From the NCBI GenBank assembly GCA_038244115.1, contig JBBRTU010000008.1, positions 32,592 to 96,591 of the forward strand: a DNA stretch of 64,000 bases. Direction: 5' to 3'. Numbering within the stretch: the stretch's first letter is position 1; every line of letters starts with the position of its first letter. The notes below the pieces were generated by a model. That model was not told the origin of the DNA. It made no database searches and saw nothing but the letters and a program-made list of their open reading frames with translations. Of the stretch, positions 1-12,123 are shown piece by piece. This DNA comes from Burkholderiales bacterium. GTDB lineage: Bacteria; Pseudomonadota; Gammaproteobacteria; Burkholderiales; JBBRTU01. The translations under genes and the position numbers were made by a program.

Positions 1-815
1 ACGCGTTGCAATGCCTGTAATAAGAAGGTTCTTGCTATGAGCAGGTTTTTGTCATGATTGGTCGGGATTACACGGTTATGGTCCGGGAATTTACCGTCGA
101 TAACCTTGCTTACCAAAATAATATTGCCGAATGTGAATTTGACCTGGTTTTGCGCTATTTCTATTATTGTTTCTTCTTCGCTGTCCGTTAATAATTTGAT
201 CAGTTCAACAACTGTCTTGCGTGGCAAAATGACTTCTTGCGATTCGATAGTTTCTTCCAGCGGAACACTTGCCAAACTAAGCCGGTGGCCGTCTGTAGCC
301 ACAACTTTTAATTGCCCCGCATCGACGATCAAAAGCAGGCCATTCAAGTAATAACGAATATCCTGTTGTGCCATCGAAAATTGAACCAAATTAAGTAGCC
401 GTTTCAATGTCTTTTGTGAAAGTCGAACAACACTCTTAACGTCTAGTGACGGCGCAACTCTTGGAAAATCAACGGCAGGCAGCGTTTGTAGGCTGAAGCG
501 ACTTTTACCGCCTTTAAGCTGTAAACGGCTGTCCTCCCCATCGAGACTGACCGTTGTTCCCTCTGGTAATGAGCGGCAAATATCCAACAATTTCTTGGCA
601 GAGACTGTAATGGAAAAATCTTTATCCTGGTCAGTACAAGCGGTTATCGCGGTTACCTGAATTTCCAGATCCGTCGCGATAAGCGATAATTTATCCCCTG
701 ACCGTTCTATCAAGACATTGGAAAGAATGGGCAACGTATGTCGGCGCTCAACAACCCCTGTAACTTCCTGGAGAGGTTTCAACAAGGTGTCACGATCGGT
801 TTTAATTAATAACAT
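1..815 (-). CDS. dnaN: DNA polymerase III beta subunit (sliding clamp), N-terminal part; gene continues past window start
   Basis: The minus-strand frame is open from the ATG at 813-815 to position 1. It is missing from the ORF track because there is no stop in the window. My translation, MLLIKTDRDTLLKPLQEVTGVVERRHTLPILS..., is a typical clamp N-terminus, and the gene sits directly downstream of dnaA. Confidence 0.9.
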   Translation of the reverse strand, partial: MLLIKTDRDTLLKPLQEVTGVVERRHTLPILSNVLIERSGDKLSLIATDLEIQVTAITACTDQDKDFSITVSAKKLLDICRSLPEGTTVSLDGEDSRLQLKGGKSRFSLQTLPAVDFPRVAPSLDVKSVVRLSQKTLKRLLNLVQFSMAQQDIRYYLNGLLLIVDAGQLKVVATDGHRLSLASVPLEETIESQEVILPRKTVVELIKLLTDSEEETIIEIAQNQVKFTFGNIILVSKVIDGKFPDHNRVIPTNHDKNLLIARTFLLQALQR

Positions 816-979
816 AATATATAACCCTGATAATAATAATTAAAATAGCCGTAAAAACTGTATAAGCATAAAAACACTTATCTTATCAATTAGATAAACG
901 TGTATTAATTGATGGGATAAATCATTTATAGTTTATGAGTAAATTGGGGACAAAAAATTTGATCTCAATTTTCTTACCT

Positions 980-988
980 TTATCCACA
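980..988 (+). promoter_or_regulatory. Consensus DnaA box TTATCCACA in the AT-rich dnaA-dnaN spacer
   Basis: Exact 9-mer TTATCCACA read in the sequence. The surrounding 816-1004 is very AT-rich and has several degenerate boxes (TTATCAATT, TTATCCCAT on the other strand). Confidence 0.6.
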
Positions 989-1004
989 TTTTGTACACAA
1001 ACGG

Positions 1005-2330
1005 TTAACTGTTTAATACCTGCAACAAAATTGCGTAATCTTTATTAATTTCGCCATCACTCTCACGTAATTCTTTAATTTTTCTGCAGGCATGCAGAAC
1101 CGTTGTGTGGTCACGTCCACCGAACGCTTGACCAATATCCGGCAAGCTCAATGGTGTTAATTCCTTTGCTAACGCCATTGCTACCTGGCGAGGGCGAGCA
1201 ACCGCCCGAGTCCGTTTTTTTGAAAACATTTCTGCAACTTTTAACTTGTAATAGTCAGCCACAGTTTTTTGAATGTTTTCAATGGAAACTAGCCGATTTT
1301 GGACTGCCAGTAAATCTTTCAATGCCTCTTTAGTAAGGTCAAGAGAAATTGGGCGTCCCGTGAAGCGAGAGAACGCTAACACGCGTTTTAATGCACCTTC
1401 CAGTTCGCGGACGTTTGATCGTATCTGTTTGGCAATAAAAAAGGCAGCATGCTCATCCAAGTCGATACCTTCCATCGCCGCTTTTTTTAGCAGAATAGCA
1501 ACCCGCATTTCAGGTTCCGGAGGCTCAATAGTTACCGTAAGGCCCCAACCGAAACGGGATATCAAGCGGTCTTCCATTCCGGAAATTTCTTTGGGATAGG
1601 TATCGCAAGTGATAATAACTTGTTTATGTGCTTCAATCAGGGCATTAAATGCATAGAAAAACTCTTCCTGAGTACGCGACTTCCCACCAAAGAACTGAAT
1701 ATCATCGATCAAGAGCAAATCAAGCGAGTGATAATAGCGCTTAAATTCGTCAAATGCCTTGTATTGATAGGCTCTCACCACATCTGAAACATAGCGCTCG
1801 GCATGAATATAACTGATTTTAGCGTTACCGTTATTTTCTCTGACGTAATTACCAATAGCTTGAATTAAATGGGTTTTACCAAGACCGACTCCGCCATAGA
1901 CAAATAACGGGTTGTAGGCGACACCGGGATTTTCTGCGACCTGTATTGCCGCAGCCCGGGCCAGCTGATTCGCTTTGCCCGTAACGAAAGTGTCAAAGGT
2001 AAAATTTGGATTTAAACGAGAAGTATCGACCTTATCTTTCGCTTTAGCGGAAGGAGTGCTGAGCCCCGCAGGATGAACTGTTTTGTCGGCGGTAGGCTCA
2101 GATAGGACTAACAGGATACTAACTTGACGATCAAAATATTCGACTGCGATCTCCTCAATACGAGAGAAGAATTTATCTTTTACCCATTGCATCACGAAGC
2201 GATTAGGGGCAAGTAAGCGCAGGGGTTCTTGGTCAGCTTCAAATTTGAGAGGCTTTATCCAGGTCTGGAATTGCTGCGCTGGAAGTTCCTTTTCAAATCG
2301 ATTTAGACAAGCGGACCAGAAGTTGTTCAT
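1005..2330 (-). CDS. dnaA: Chromosomal replication initiator protein DnaA
   Basis: 441-aa ORF with Walker [11 protein letters not shown], Walker [10 protein letters not shown] and the C-terminal DNA-binding signature [15 protein letters not shown]. Classic dnaA-dnaN order. Confidence 0.97.
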   Translation of the reverse strand: MNNFWSACLNRFEKELPAQQFQTWIKPLKFEADQEPLRLLAPNRFVMQWVKDKFFSRIEEIAVEYFDRQVSILLVLSEPTADKTVHPAGLSTPSAKAKDKVDTSRLNPNFTFDTFVTGKANQLARAAAIQVAENPGVAYNPLFVYGGVGLGKTHLIQAIGNYVRENNGNAKISYIHAERYVSDVVRAYQYKAFDEFKRYYHSLDLLLIDDIQFFGGKSRTQEEFFYAFNALIEAHKQVIITCDTYPKEISGMEDRLISRFGWGLTVTIEPPEPEMRVAILLKKAAMEGIDLDEHAAFFIAKQIRSNVRELEGALKRVLAFSRFTGRPISLDLTKEALKDLLAVQNRLVSIENIQKTVADYYKLKVAEMFSKKRTRAVARPRQVAMALAKELTPLSLPDIGQAFGGRDHTTVLHACRKIKELRESDGEINKDYAILLQVLNS

Positions 2331-2405
2331 TAACTAACTTTTTATAAGGGCAGGCAAAAAATTTCAGGGGACGTGATTTAGACATTTTAGTCTTTTTGGC
2401 AACAC

Positions 2406-2414
2406 TTATCCACA
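2406..2414 (+). promoter_or_regulatory. Consensus DnaA box TTATCCACA in the dnaA/rpmH divergent promoter region
   Basis: Exact 9-mer, 76 bp upstream of the dnaA start codon on the opposite strand. This is the usual position for dnaA autoregulation or an oriC-type box. Confidence 0.6.
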
Positions 2415-2435
2415 GACTATTCGCCAGTATAATGG

Positions 2436-2465
2436 TTGACAAGAGAGCATGAAAACGGGTCTAAT
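2436..2465 (+). promoter_or_regulatory. Candidate sigma-70 promoter for rpmH (TTGACA-N18-TCTAAT)
   Basis: Perfect -35 TTGACA at 2436-2441 and a -10-like TCTAAT at 2460-2465. A perfect TATAAT also lies at 2428-2433. Motif reading only. Confidence 0.3.
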
Positions 2466-2502
2466 TGCACGTTTTTTATTAGATATTCAGAGAGGGTTCC
2501 CC

Positions 2503-2637
2503 ATGAAGCGCACTTATCAGCCTTCTGTAACGCGTCGTAAACGCACGCACGGTTTTTTGGTACGAATGAAAACTCGTGGTGGCCGTGCCGTAATTCGTGC
2601 ACGTCGTGCCAAAGGCCGGGTCAGGCTCGGCGTCTAG
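2503..2637 (+). CDS. rpmH: 50S ribosomal protein L34
   Basis: The internal ATG of ORF 2449-2637 gives [44 protein letters not shown] (44 aa), the canonical L34 sequence. GAGAGGG Shine-Dalgarno upstream. Confidence 0.97.
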   Translation: MKRTYQPSVTRRKRTHGFLVRMKTRGGRAVIRARRAKGRVRLGV

Positions 2638-2649
2638 TAAAGCATTGGG

Positions 2650-3018
2650 GTGACGCCTGCCAGCGGCTTTCCGAGGTGTTGCCGCTTAACGAAGACGGAT
2701 GAGTTTTCATCCGTCTTCGTTTTTAGGTGCACGGTACGTGGAAGCTTCCTGCATCTCATGGCAAAGCCCAGTGACTTGCCTTTCCCTCGCCTGGGCGTGG
2801 TAGTAGGTAAAAAAGTGGCGCGTCGTGCAGTGGCAAGAAACTATATGAAGCGGATTGTACGGGACACATTTCGGCTCAATCGCCCGGAAATAGCCAATCT
2901 GGATATTGTCGCGCGCGTGCATACCCCATTTGAACAAAAGGATTACACGGCAGTCAGGGAAGAATTACAAAGATTACTTACCGGCCTGAAAAAATGTCTC
3001 GAGCGCTCGTCTTCCTAG
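2650..3018 (+). CDS. rnpA: Ribonuclease P protein component
   Basis: 122-aa basic ORF with a GTG start, immediately after rpmH. It has the RNase P protein-like motifs [12 protein letters not shown] and [22 protein letters not shown]. Confidence 0.9.
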   Translation: MTPASGFPRCCRLTKTDEFSSVFVFRCTVRGSFLHLMAKPSDLPFPRLGVVVGKKVARRAVARNYMKRIVRDTFRLNRPEIANLDIVARVHTPFEQKDYTAVREELQRLLTGLKKCLERSSS

Positions 3019-3203
3019 TTTCGCTGTACCGTTACCTGATCAGCCCTTTGTTAGGGCCACGCTGCCGTTTTAGCCCGACCTGCTCCGATTATGCCTGCCA
3101 GGCGCTTACCAAACACGGTGCGCTGAGGGGTGTTTGGTTGTCAGCCCATCGCGTGTGCCGTTGCCATCCTTGGCATCCTGGCGGCCACGACCCTGTACCG
3201 TAA
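2994..3203 (+). CDS. yidD: Membrane protein insertion efficiency factor YidD
   Basis: 69-aa ORF with the YidD signature [23 protein letters not shown]...[12 protein letters not shown]. It overlaps the rnpA 3' end and precedes yidC. Confidence 0.92.
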   Translation: MSRALVFLVSLYRYLISPLLGPRCRFSPTCSDYACQALTKHGALRGVWLSAHRVCRCHPWHPGGHDPVP

Positions 3204-3216
3204 TGTGATTGGATCC

Positions 3217-4866
3217 ATGGATACTCAACGTCTTATTGCTTTCATCGTTTTTTCCTTCTCAATTCTGTTGTTGTGGGACGCCTGGCAGAAAGAAAATCAA
3301 CCGCAAGTGCCACAAACAGCGGTTATAAGCCCTTCCCAACAAATACCGACGCCTACTTATTCTGCTACATCCGGTAAAACGCCACAGGCGGTTATCGAAG
3401 TGGAAAAAAGCGCGTTGTTAGTAAAAGGCGCGCGAGTAAAGGTAGTAACGGATACGCTGCTTGCTGAGATTGACACGAATGGCGGCGATATTCGTCGGCT
3501 CGAACTTCTTAAACATCGTGATACTGTGGATGAAAAGAAAAATCTTGTCCTCTTCGATGATAAAGCGAGCGGTGAATATGTTGCCCAAAGTGGTTTGATA
3601 GGCAATGGGCTTCCGTCACACAAAGCCGTATTTCAGGCGGAACGGGCCGAATATGTCCTAGCGCCAAATGCGAGCGAGATAAAGGCAACCCTGTCCTGGA
3701 CTAGCCCGGATGGCTTGGTCAAAGTGGCGAAAAATTACGTTTTTCACCGCGACAGCTACTTGATGGATGTCTCTTTTGATATCACAAACAATGGGGCAGC
3801 AGCGATTGAGCCAAGCGCTTACTTCCAATTGTTGCGCAATGGCAACCCCCCTGCCGGCAGCCCAAAATTTGTCTCCACCTACACCGGCGCCGCAATTTAT
3901 TCGGACAAGGGAAAATTCGAGAAAATTCCTTTCGCGGATATCGAAAAAGGTAAGGAAAAATATACCAAGTTTGGCGAAGACGGCTGGGTTGCCATGCTGC
4001 AGCACTACTATCTAAGCGCGTGGCTTCCCAAAAATAATGGGCATCGGGAATTTTACGCACGCAAGGCAGGCGAGGGATTGTATGACGTGGGCACGATTCT
4101 GCCGCTAGGTACCATCCGGCCCGGTGAGACCAAGACCATGGCCGTTCCCCTCTACGCTGGCCCGCAGGAGCAGGACAAGCTAAATAGCCTTGCGCCGGGA
4201 CTGGGGTTAACGGTGGATTATGGTTGGTTAACAATAATTGCTGCACCGATATTCTGGGCGCTTTCCTTTATACACAAGAGCGTCAGCAATTGGGGCGTGT
4301 CTATAATTTTGCTGACAGTGTTTCTTAAGTTGCTATTTTTCCCCTTGTCGGCGAAAAGCTACCGTTCCATGGCACAGATGAAGCTGCTTGCGCCCAAATT
4401 GCAAAAACTAAAAGAACATTACGGCGACGACCGCCAAAAGCTGCATCAGGCCATGATGGAGCTGTATAAGACAGAGAAGGTCAACCCGCTTGGCGGCTGC
4501 CTGCCTATTGTGATCCAAATCCCCGTGTTTATTGCCCTCTACTGGGTATTGCTGGCTAGCGTGGAAATTCGCCACGCCCCCTTTATCTTCTGGATCCATG
4601 ACTTGTCTTCGCCCGACCCGTTCTATGTGTTGCCGATCGTTATGGGCATCACCATGATCATCCAGACCAAGCTCAACCCGACGCCGCCTGATCCCATTCA
4701 GGCCAAAGTGATGATGATCATGCCCCTAGCTTTCAGCATTTTCTTCTTCTTTTTTGCTTCTGGCCTGGTTCTCTACTGGGTAGTAAACAATGTGCTCTCC
4801 ATCACACAGCAATGGGCGATAACGCGCAGCATGGGGAGCGCCAAAGTGGCGCATGCCAAGCACTGA
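3217..4866 (+). CDS. yidC: Membrane protein insertase YidC
   Basis: I chose the start at the internal ATG, giving [24 protein letters not shown] (typical YidC N-terminus). The ORF-track start at 3130 lies inside yidD. The C-terminal 60-kDa insertase core includes [17 protein letters not shown]. Confidence 0.95.
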   Translation: MDTQRLIAFIVFSFSILLLWDAWQKENQPQVPQTAVISPSQQIPTPTYSATSGKTPQAVIEVEKSALLVKGARVKVVTDTLLAEIDTNGGDIRRLELLKHRDTVDEKKNLVLFDDKASGEYVAQSGLIGNGLPSHKAVFQAERAEYVLAPNASEIKATLSWTSPDGLVKVAKNYVFHRDSYLMDVSFDITNNGAAAIEPSAYFQLLRNGNPPAGSPKFVSTYTGAAIYSDKGKFEKIPFADIEKGKEKYTKFGEDGWVAMLQHYYLSAWLPKNNGHREFYARKAGEGLYDVGTILPLGTIRPGETKTMAVPLYAGPQEQDKLNSLAPGLGLTVDYGWLTIIAAPIFWALSFIHKSVSNWGVSIILLTVFLKLLFFPLSAKSYRSMAQMKLLAPKLQKLKEHYGDDRQKLHQAMMELYKTEKVNPLGGCLPIVIQIPVFIALYWVLLASVEIRHAPFIFWIHDLSSPDPFYVLPIVMGITMIIQTKLNPTPPDPIQAKVMMIMPLAFSIFFFFFASGLVLYWVVNNVLSITQQWAITRSMGSAKVAHAKH

Positions 4867-6130
4867 CGGCGATACAATCGCGGCCATCGCTACCGCACCC
4901 GGCAGGGGCGGTATCGGTGTTGTAAGGGTTTCCGGCAAGCTTGCAGCAACCATCGCCAGCGGTATTCTGGGCAAGTTGCCGCAACCGCGCAGCGCCACCT
5001 TGCGGCGTTTTCTGGACGAAAAGCATGATGCCCTGGACGAAGGCATTGCGCTGTATTTCCCCTCTCCCCATTCCTACACCGGTGAAGATGTATTAGAGTT
5101 GCAAGGCCACGGCGGTCCCGCAGTGCTGCAAATGGTGCTGCGCCGATGCCTGTCTTTGGGCGCACGCCTGGCCGAACCCGGTGAATTCAGTAAACGTGCA
5201 TTCCTCAACGACAAACTGGACCTGGCGCAGGCGGAAAGTGTCGCGGATTTGATCGACGCCGCTTCGGAAAGCGCGGCAAAGAGCGCGTTGCGCTCTTTGC
5301 AAGGCGAGTTTTCCCAGCGAGTGCATTCGCTAACCGATGCTTTGATCGAATTGCGCATGCTGGTTGAGGCGACGCTGGATTTTCCCGAGGAAGAAATCGA
5401 TTTCCTGCAGCGCGCTGACGCGTTCGGCAAGCTGTCCGCCATTCAGGCACGGCTTGCCGATGTAGTGAACACCGCCCGGCAAGGGGTGCTGTTGCGCGAC
5501 GGCCTGCAAATCGTGTTGATCGGCCAGCCGAATGTTGGCAAGTCCAGCCTGTTGAACCGGCTGGCAGGGGAGGAGGTGGCAATTGTCACGGCCATTCCCG
5601 GAACCACGCGCGACACCATTCGGCAAAGCATCGAAATTGAAGGCATTCCGCTGCACATCATTGATACTGCAGGGTTGCGTGTTACCCAGGACGAGGTGGA
5701 ACAGATGGGCATTGCCCGCACTTGGGCGGCCATCGAAAAAGCCAACCTAGCGCTGTTGCTGATTGACGCGTCAAAAGGGGTCGTCGCTTCAGACCTGGAA
5801 ATTCTCGAAAAAATGCCTATAAATCTTCCGGTGCTCAAGGTTTTTAATAAAATTGACTTGTTCGGGGATGCTGCGCGCCAAGCGGAGGCCGGCGGAGAAA
5901 CGGCAATATACCTCTCAGCCAAGAGTGGTCAGGGCATGGATTTGTTGCACGATCACATCCTGCGCATTGCGGGTTGGCAACCCAGCGGCGAGGGAGTCTT
6001 CATGGCACGGGAGCGCCATTTGCGTGCTTTGTCATCGGCCGACGAGCACGTAACCATCGCTAGCCAGAGCCAGGGACAACTAGAGTTTTTTGCGGAGGAG
6101 CTGAGCCTGGCACAGAAAGCACTCAGTTAG
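4853..6130 (+). CDS. mnmE: tRNA modification GTPase MnmE, truncated by an in-frame TAG 22 codons before the conserved C-terminus
   Basis: N-terminus [22 protein letters not shown] and G-domain [12 protein letters not shown] / DTAGLR / NKIDL. The ORF ends ...LAQKALS-TAG, while the same frame continues with [25 protein letters not shown] (6131-6199). Confidence 0.9.
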   Translation: MPSTDGDTIAAIATAPGRGGIGVVRVSGKLAATIASGILGKLPQPRSATLRRFLDEKHDALDEGIALYFPSPHSYTGEDVLELQGHGGPAVLQMVLRRCLSLGARLAEPGEFSKRAFLNDKLDLAQAESVADLIDAASESAAKSALRSLQGEFSQRVHSLTDALIELRMLVEATLDFPEEEIDFLQRADAFGKLSAIQARLADVVNTARQGVLLRDGLQIVLIGQPNVGKSSLLNRLAGEEVAIVTAIPGTTRDTIRQSIEIEGIPLHIIDTAGLRVTQDEVEQMGIARTWAAIEKANLALLLIDASKGVVASDLEILEKMPINLPVLKVFNKIDLFGDAARQAEAGGETAIYLSAKSGQGMDLLHDHILRIAGWQPSGEGVFMARERHLRALSSADEHVTIASQSQGQLEFFAEELSLAQKALS

Positions 6131-6199
6131 ATCACCGGCGAATTCAATGCAGACGACCTGCTGGGAGAGATTTTCTCGCGCTTTTGTATCGGGAAATAG
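6131..6199 (+). other. Orphaned in-frame coding remnant for the conserved MnmE C-terminal tail (ITGEF...FCIGK)
   Basis: My translation in the mnmE frame, directly after the TAG at 6128-6130, is [22 protein letters not shown] followed by a stop. This is the family-typical C-terminus. Confidence 0.85.
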
Positions 6200-6205
6200 C
6201 CTGTA

Positions 6206-6221
6206 TGTTTCACGTGAAACA
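6206..6221. promoter_or_regulatory. parS centromere-like site (perfect 16-bp palindrome TGTTTCACGTGAAACA)
   Basis: Exact match to the widely conserved chromosomal parS consensus. It lies in the mnmE-mnmG spacer, 2.6 kb upstream of parAB. Confidence 0.85.
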
Positions 6222-6310
6222 TGGTTAAAATAACGTACTTGCTTCCTTTGCCAGGCGGTTTTGCCGTATCATTCGCTTTCTTCTAAGCGACCAAGTTATC
6301 TTCCTGCCCC

Positions 6311-8212
6311 ATGGACTTTCCTCAGCAATTCGACGTCATAGTGGTCGGCGGCGGCCACGCCGGCACTGAAGCTGCGCTAGCCAGCGCGCGCATGGGCGTA
6401 AAAACCCTGCTGCTGACGCACAATATCGAGACGCTCGGGCAAATGTCGTGCAATCCGTCTATCGGCGGCATTGGCAAAGGACATTTGGTCAAAGAGGTAG
6501 ACGCTCTGGGCGGCGCTATGGCGGCAGCCACCGACGAAGGCGGTATCCAGTTTCGCATCCTCAATTCAAGCAAGGGCCCGGCGGTGCGCGCGACGCGCGC
6601 CCAGGCGGACCGTGTGTTGTACAAGCAGGCCATTCGACATCGCCTGGAAAACCAGCCCAATCTGTGGTTGTTCCAGCAGGCAGTGGATGATTTCATGGTG
6701 CATGACGACCAGATTGTTGGCGTGGTGACGCAGTTAGGCCTGAAATTTCGTGCGCGTGCTGTCGTGCTAACAGCGGGCACCTTTCTTGCGGGCTTGATTC
6801 ATGTTGGCCAGTCCAATTATGCGGCGGGGCGGATGGGCGATCTGCCTTCGGTCAGCCTGGCGCATCGACTGCGTGAGCTGAAATTGCCGGTCGGGCGCTT
6901 AAAAACCGGGACACCGCCGCGTATCGACGGCCGTTCTCTGGATTACTCCGTGATGCAGGAACAGCCGGGCGACGATCCGGCTCCGGTGTTTTCGTTTCTC
7001 GGCAACCGGGCACAGCATCCGCGCCAGCTTCCCTGCTGGACCACACACACCAATCTGCACACCCACGAAATTATTCGCGGCGGCCTGGATCGGTCTCCGC
7101 TGTATAGCGGCGTAATCAAAGGGATAGGGCCGCGTTATTGTCCGTCTATCGAGGACAAGGTGGTGCGCTTCTCGTACAAGGATTCCCACCAGATTTTTGT
7201 CGAGCCCGAAGGGCTGACTACGCACGAGGTGTATCCGAACGGGATTTCCACCAGCCTGCCGTTTGACGTGCAGCTTGAATTGGTGCGGTCGATTCGTGGT
7301 TTTGAGAACGCCCACATTACCCGGCCCGGTTACGCCATTGAATATGATTATTTCGATCCGCGCGGCTTGAAAAACTCGCTGGAAACCAAGGCTATTCGTG
7401 GTTTGTACTTCGCCGGGCAGATTAACGGTACCACCGGATACGAAGAAGCGGCAGCGCAAGGTTTGCTGGCCGGAACCAACGCCGGGCTGTTTGCCAAAGA
7501 GCTGGAGTCCTGGACGCCAGGGCGCAACGAAGCTTATTTGGGCGTGTTGGTGGACGACCTGATTACGCGTGGCGTGACCGAGCCGTACCGCATGTTTACC
7601 AGCCGGGCCGAATACCGGCTTAGTCTGCGCGAGGACAATGCTGACCTGCGGCTGACTGAAATTGGCCGTAAATTAGGTGTGGTGGACGATGTCCGTTGGC
7701 AGGCTTTTGAGAAAAAGCGCGAAGCGATTGCGCGTGAACAAGAAAGATTGAAAGCAACCTGGGTAAACCCCCGGCTATTGCCGAAAGCGGATGCATTGCG
7801 CGTGCTGGGCAAGGCCATCGAGCGGGAATATTCGCTATACGAATTACTGCGCCGACCGGATGTGACCTATACCACTTTGATGACGTTGACTGGCGCCGGT
7901 CCGGGCGAAGAGAACCCCCAGGTTTCCGAACAAGTCGAAATTCAGGCCAAATACCAAGGCTATATCGATCGGCAGCAAGAAGAAATTGAGCGCCAGCGCC
8001 ACCACGAAACCATGCGCTTACCCAGTGGACTGGACTACGCCGAAGTGCGCGGTTTGTCCATAGAAGCGCAACAAAAATTAAGCCAGCATCGCCCTGAAAC
8101 CTTGGGACAGGCATCAAGAATTTCGGGCATAACACCGGCCTCTATTTCGGTATTAATGGTGCACCTGAAGCGCGGATTTCCGGATGATTTTGCAGACCAG
8201 AAAAGCGCATGA
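6311..8212 (+). CDS. mnmG: tRNA uridine 5-carboxymethylaminomethyl modification enzyme MnmG (GidA)
   Basis: 633-aa ORF with the FAD-binding N-terminus [16 protein letters not shown] and the [16 protein letters not shown] motif. Conserved mnmE-mnmG-rsmG order. Confidence 0.97.
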   Translation: MDFPQQFDVIVVGGGHAGTEAALASARMGVKTLLLTHNIETLGQMSCNPSIGGIGKGHLVKEVDALGGAMAAATDEGGIQFRILNSSKGPAVRATRAQADRVLYKQAIRHRLENQPNLWLFQQAVDDFMVHDDQIVGVVTQLGLKFRARAVVLTAGTFLAGLIHVGQSNYAAGRMGDLPSVSLAHRLRELKLPVGRLKTGTPPRIDGRSLDYSVMQEQPGDDPAPVFSFLGNRAQHPRQLPCWTTHTNLHTHEIIRGGLDRSPLYSGVIKGIGPRYCPSIEDKVVRFSYKDSHQIFVEPEGLTTHEVYPNGISTSLPFDVQLELVRSIRGFENAHITRPGYAIEYDYFDPRGLKNSLETKAIRGLYFAGQINGTTGYEEAAAQGLLAGTNAGLFAKELESWTPGRNEAYLGVLVDDLITRGVTEPYRMFTSRAEYRLSLREDNADLRLTEIGRKLGVVDDVRWQAFEKKREAIAREQERLKATWVNPRLLPKADALRVLGKAIEREYSLYELLRRPDVTYTTLMTLTGAGPGEENPQVSEQVEIQAKYQGYIDRQQEEIERQRHHETMRLPSGLDYAEVRGLSIEAQQKLSQHRPETLGQASRISGITPASISVLMVHLKRGFPDDFADQKSA

Positions 8213-8835
8213 GCCTGGAAGAGAAACTGGCTGCAGGGCTTTGCCAGCTTAAGCTCGAACTTGCGCCGGAAATGCAGGCGCAACTGCTTAAATTTATCGA
8301 GCTGCTGCATAAATGGAACAAAGTTCATAACCTGACCGCCGTGCGCGAGCCGTCCAAGATGATTGCGCATCACTTGCTCGACAGCTTAGCTGTGGCGCCA
8401 TACATAGAAGATAAGCGTTTGCTGGATGTGGGCAGTGGCGGTGGCTTGCCGGGCATCCCCTTGGCCATAGTAAAGCCCGGGTTAGGGGTAACTCTACTCG
8501 ACAGTAACCACAAGAAAACCGGTTTTTTAAGGCAAGCGGTGATCGATTTGGGGCTGAAGAACGTCAATGTGATTGCGGAGCGGGTAGAGCAATTTCAACC
8601 AGAGCAACGCTTCGATATGGTGATTTCGCGGGCGTTTTCCGAGTTGGCTGAGTTTGTGAAATTGACCCGCCATTTGCTGGCGGAGAATGGAAAGTTATTG
8701 GCCATGAAGGGGGTATACCCCGAAAAAGAAATGGCGGCATTGCCGCCCGATATAAAGGTGGAAGAAGTCATTTCTCTGGATGTTCCGGAATTAGGCGCAA
8801 AGCGACATTTGGTCGTAATGAGGGTTTTAGCATGA
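8209..8835 (+). CDS. rsmG: 16S rRNA (guanine527-N7)-methyltransferase RsmG (GidB)
   Basis: 208-aa ORF with an ATGA overlap with mnmG, the SAM-binding motif [17 protein letters not shown] and the [12 protein letters not shown] motif. Confidence 0.93.
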   Translation: MSLEEKLAAGLCQLKLELAPEMQAQLLKFIELLHKWNKVHNLTAVREPSKMIAHHLLDSLAVAPYIEDKRLLDVGSGGGLPGIPLAIVKPGLGVTLLDSNHKKTGFLRQAVIDLGLKNVNVIAERVEQFQPEQRFDMVISRAFSELAEFVKLTRHLLAENGKLLAMKGVYPEKEMAALPPDIKVEEVISLDVPELGAKRHLVVMRVLA

Positions 8836-9623
8836 CAAAAATACTGGCAATTACGAACCAAAAAGGCGGCGTGGGAAAAACCACAACAACCGTGAACCTT
8901 GCGGCCAGCCTAGCGGCTGCCAAGCGCCGAGTGTTGTTAGTGGATCTTGATCCCCAGGGTAACGCAACCATGGGAAGCGGTATCGACAAGCAACGCCTGG
9001 CGCATACAGTTTACGACGTGCTGCTGGAACAACAGCCGCTGGAAGCGGTAAAGGTGCCATCGAAGAATGGAAAATACGACCTGCTACCGGCCAACCGTGA
9101 GCTGGCTGGCGCAGAGGTAGAGCTGGTCGGACTCGAGCATCGGGAATTGCGCTTGAAAGATGCCCTTGCAACAGTATCCGACCAATATGATTTCATCCTG
9201 TTGGACTGTCCGCCAGCGCTTAATTTGCTGACAGTGAACGGCCTGACCGCAGCGCACGCGGTGATGATTCCCATGCAGTGCGAGTATTACGCCCTGGAAG
9301 GGCTGAGCGATCTGGTACAAACCATCAAGAGAGTGCGCGCTCACCTTAATCCCAGCCTGGAAATTGAGGGTCTGTTGCGCACCATGTACGACCCGCGCAG
9401 CACGCTTGCCCAGCAAGTCTCCGCGCAATTGCAGCAACATTTTGGTGACAAGGTTTACCGCACAGTCATCCCGCGCAATATTCGTTTGGCAGAAGCGCCC
9501 AGCTTTGGAACGCCGGTGCTGTATCACGATAAAAATTCCAAAGGCGCGCAAGCCTATTTGGCCCTTGCCGGCGAGATGCTTAGAAAGCAGGGCGCGTCAG
9601 CAGGAAAGTTACAGAGGGCATAG
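8832..9623 (+). CDS. parA: Chromosome partitioning ATPase ParA (Soj)
   Basis: 263-aa ORF with the deviant Walker A NQKGGVGKTTT and the DLDPQGNAT motif. ATGA overlap with rsmG, followed by parB. Confidence 0.95.
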   Translation: MTKILAITNQKGGVGKTTTTVNLAASLAAAKRRVLLVDLDPQGNATMGSGIDKQRLAHTVYDVLLEQQPLEAVKVPSKNGKYDLLPANRELAGAEVELVGLEHRELRLKDALATVSDQYDFILLDCPPALNLLTVNGLTAAHAVMIPMQCEYYALEGLSDLVQTIKRVRAHLNPSLEIEGLLRTMYDPRSTLAQQVSAQLQQHFGDKVYRTVIPRNIRLAEAPSFGTPVLYHDKNSKGAQAYLALAGEMLRKQGASAGKLQRA

Positions 9624-9628
9624 TGATA

Positions 9629-10468
9629 ATGGCAAAAATGAAAGGATTGGGGCGCGGGCTGGATGCGTTACTGGCAGGCAGCATGGATGAAGAGCCGGGC
9701 AATGGCACCCTTCAAAACCTGCCTGTTGATCGGCTGCAGCCGGGTAAATATCAGCCGCGCAGCCGCATGGATCATGCGTCGCTGGAGCAGTTGGCAGACT
9801 CTATCAAGGCGCAGGGCATTATGCAGCCGATACTGGTGCGTAAAGTACTCGGAGAGCGCTTCGAGATTATCGCCGGGGAGCGGCGCTGGCGCGCAGCGCA
9901 GTTGGCTGGTCTGGCAGAAGTGCCGGTGCTGGTAAGAGATGTGCCAGATGAAGCGGCGCTGGCCATGTCTTTGATCGAAAACATCCAGCGCGAGAATCTC
10001 AATCCACTGGAAGAGGCGGCCGGAATACAGCGCTTACTGGATGAATTCAGCATGACCCACCAGGCGGCCGCTGAAGCGGTAGGCCGCTCGCGCAGCGCGG
10101 TAACAAACCTGTTGAGGCTGTTGTCTTTAGCCGCGCCGGTGCAGGATATGTTGATGCACAGCCGTATCGATATGGGCCACGCACGCGCTTTGCTCCCTCT
10201 GGGTCTGGCAAAGCAGATCGAAGCGGCGCACGAGGTTGCTGACAAGGGACTTTCTGTGCGGGAGGCTGAACGGCTAGCTCAGCGCCTGATGAAACCAGTC
10301 GCGCGCGCAACTACAAAACCGGACCGTGACATATTGCGACTACAGGAAAACCTATCCGACAGACTGGGCACAACGGTAACTATCAAGGCCGGAAAGGGTG
10401 GGCGTGGGAAGCTGGTGATCGAATATGGATCACTGGATCAGCTTGACAGCATCATTCAGAAAATATAA
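9629..10468 (+). CDS. parB: Chromosome partitioning protein ParB (Spo0J)
   Basis: GLGRGLDALL N-terminus, ParB box IIAGERRWRAAQLAGL and an HTH region. The ATG at 9629 is preferred; a GTG at 9623 (the ORF-track start) is an alternative. Confidence 0.93.
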   Translation: MAKMKGLGRGLDALLAGSMDEEPGNGTLQNLPVDRLQPGKYQPRSRMDHASLEQLADSIKAQGIMQPILVRKVLGERFEIIAGERRWRAAQLAGLAEVPVLVRDVPDEAALAMSLIENIQRENLNPLEEAAGIQRLLDEFSMTHQAAAEAVGRSRSAVTNLLRLLSLAAPVQDMLMHSRIDMGHARALLPLGLAKQIEAAHEVADKGLSVREAERLAQRLMKPVARATTKPDRDILRLQENLSDRLGTTVTIKAGKGGRGKLVIEYGSLDQLDSIIQKI

Positions 10469-10553
10469 TTGATTCAGTGCGCTACTACATATTGCATATG
10501 GAGAAGAGCACATCAAAAAGGCCCTGAAGTTACTCGCTGCGTGGGATAAGAAT

Positions 10554-12087
<1,534 letters not shown>

Positions 12088-12123
12088 TCCATTAACGAGC
12101 TTAGCCGAAAATAGAGGACGGGC

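Noticed and set aside
58-351. A 97-aa plus-strand ORF at the start of the window.
   Set aside because: It lies antisense inside the clearly recognisable dnaN coding frame. It has no motif and no ribosome-binding site.
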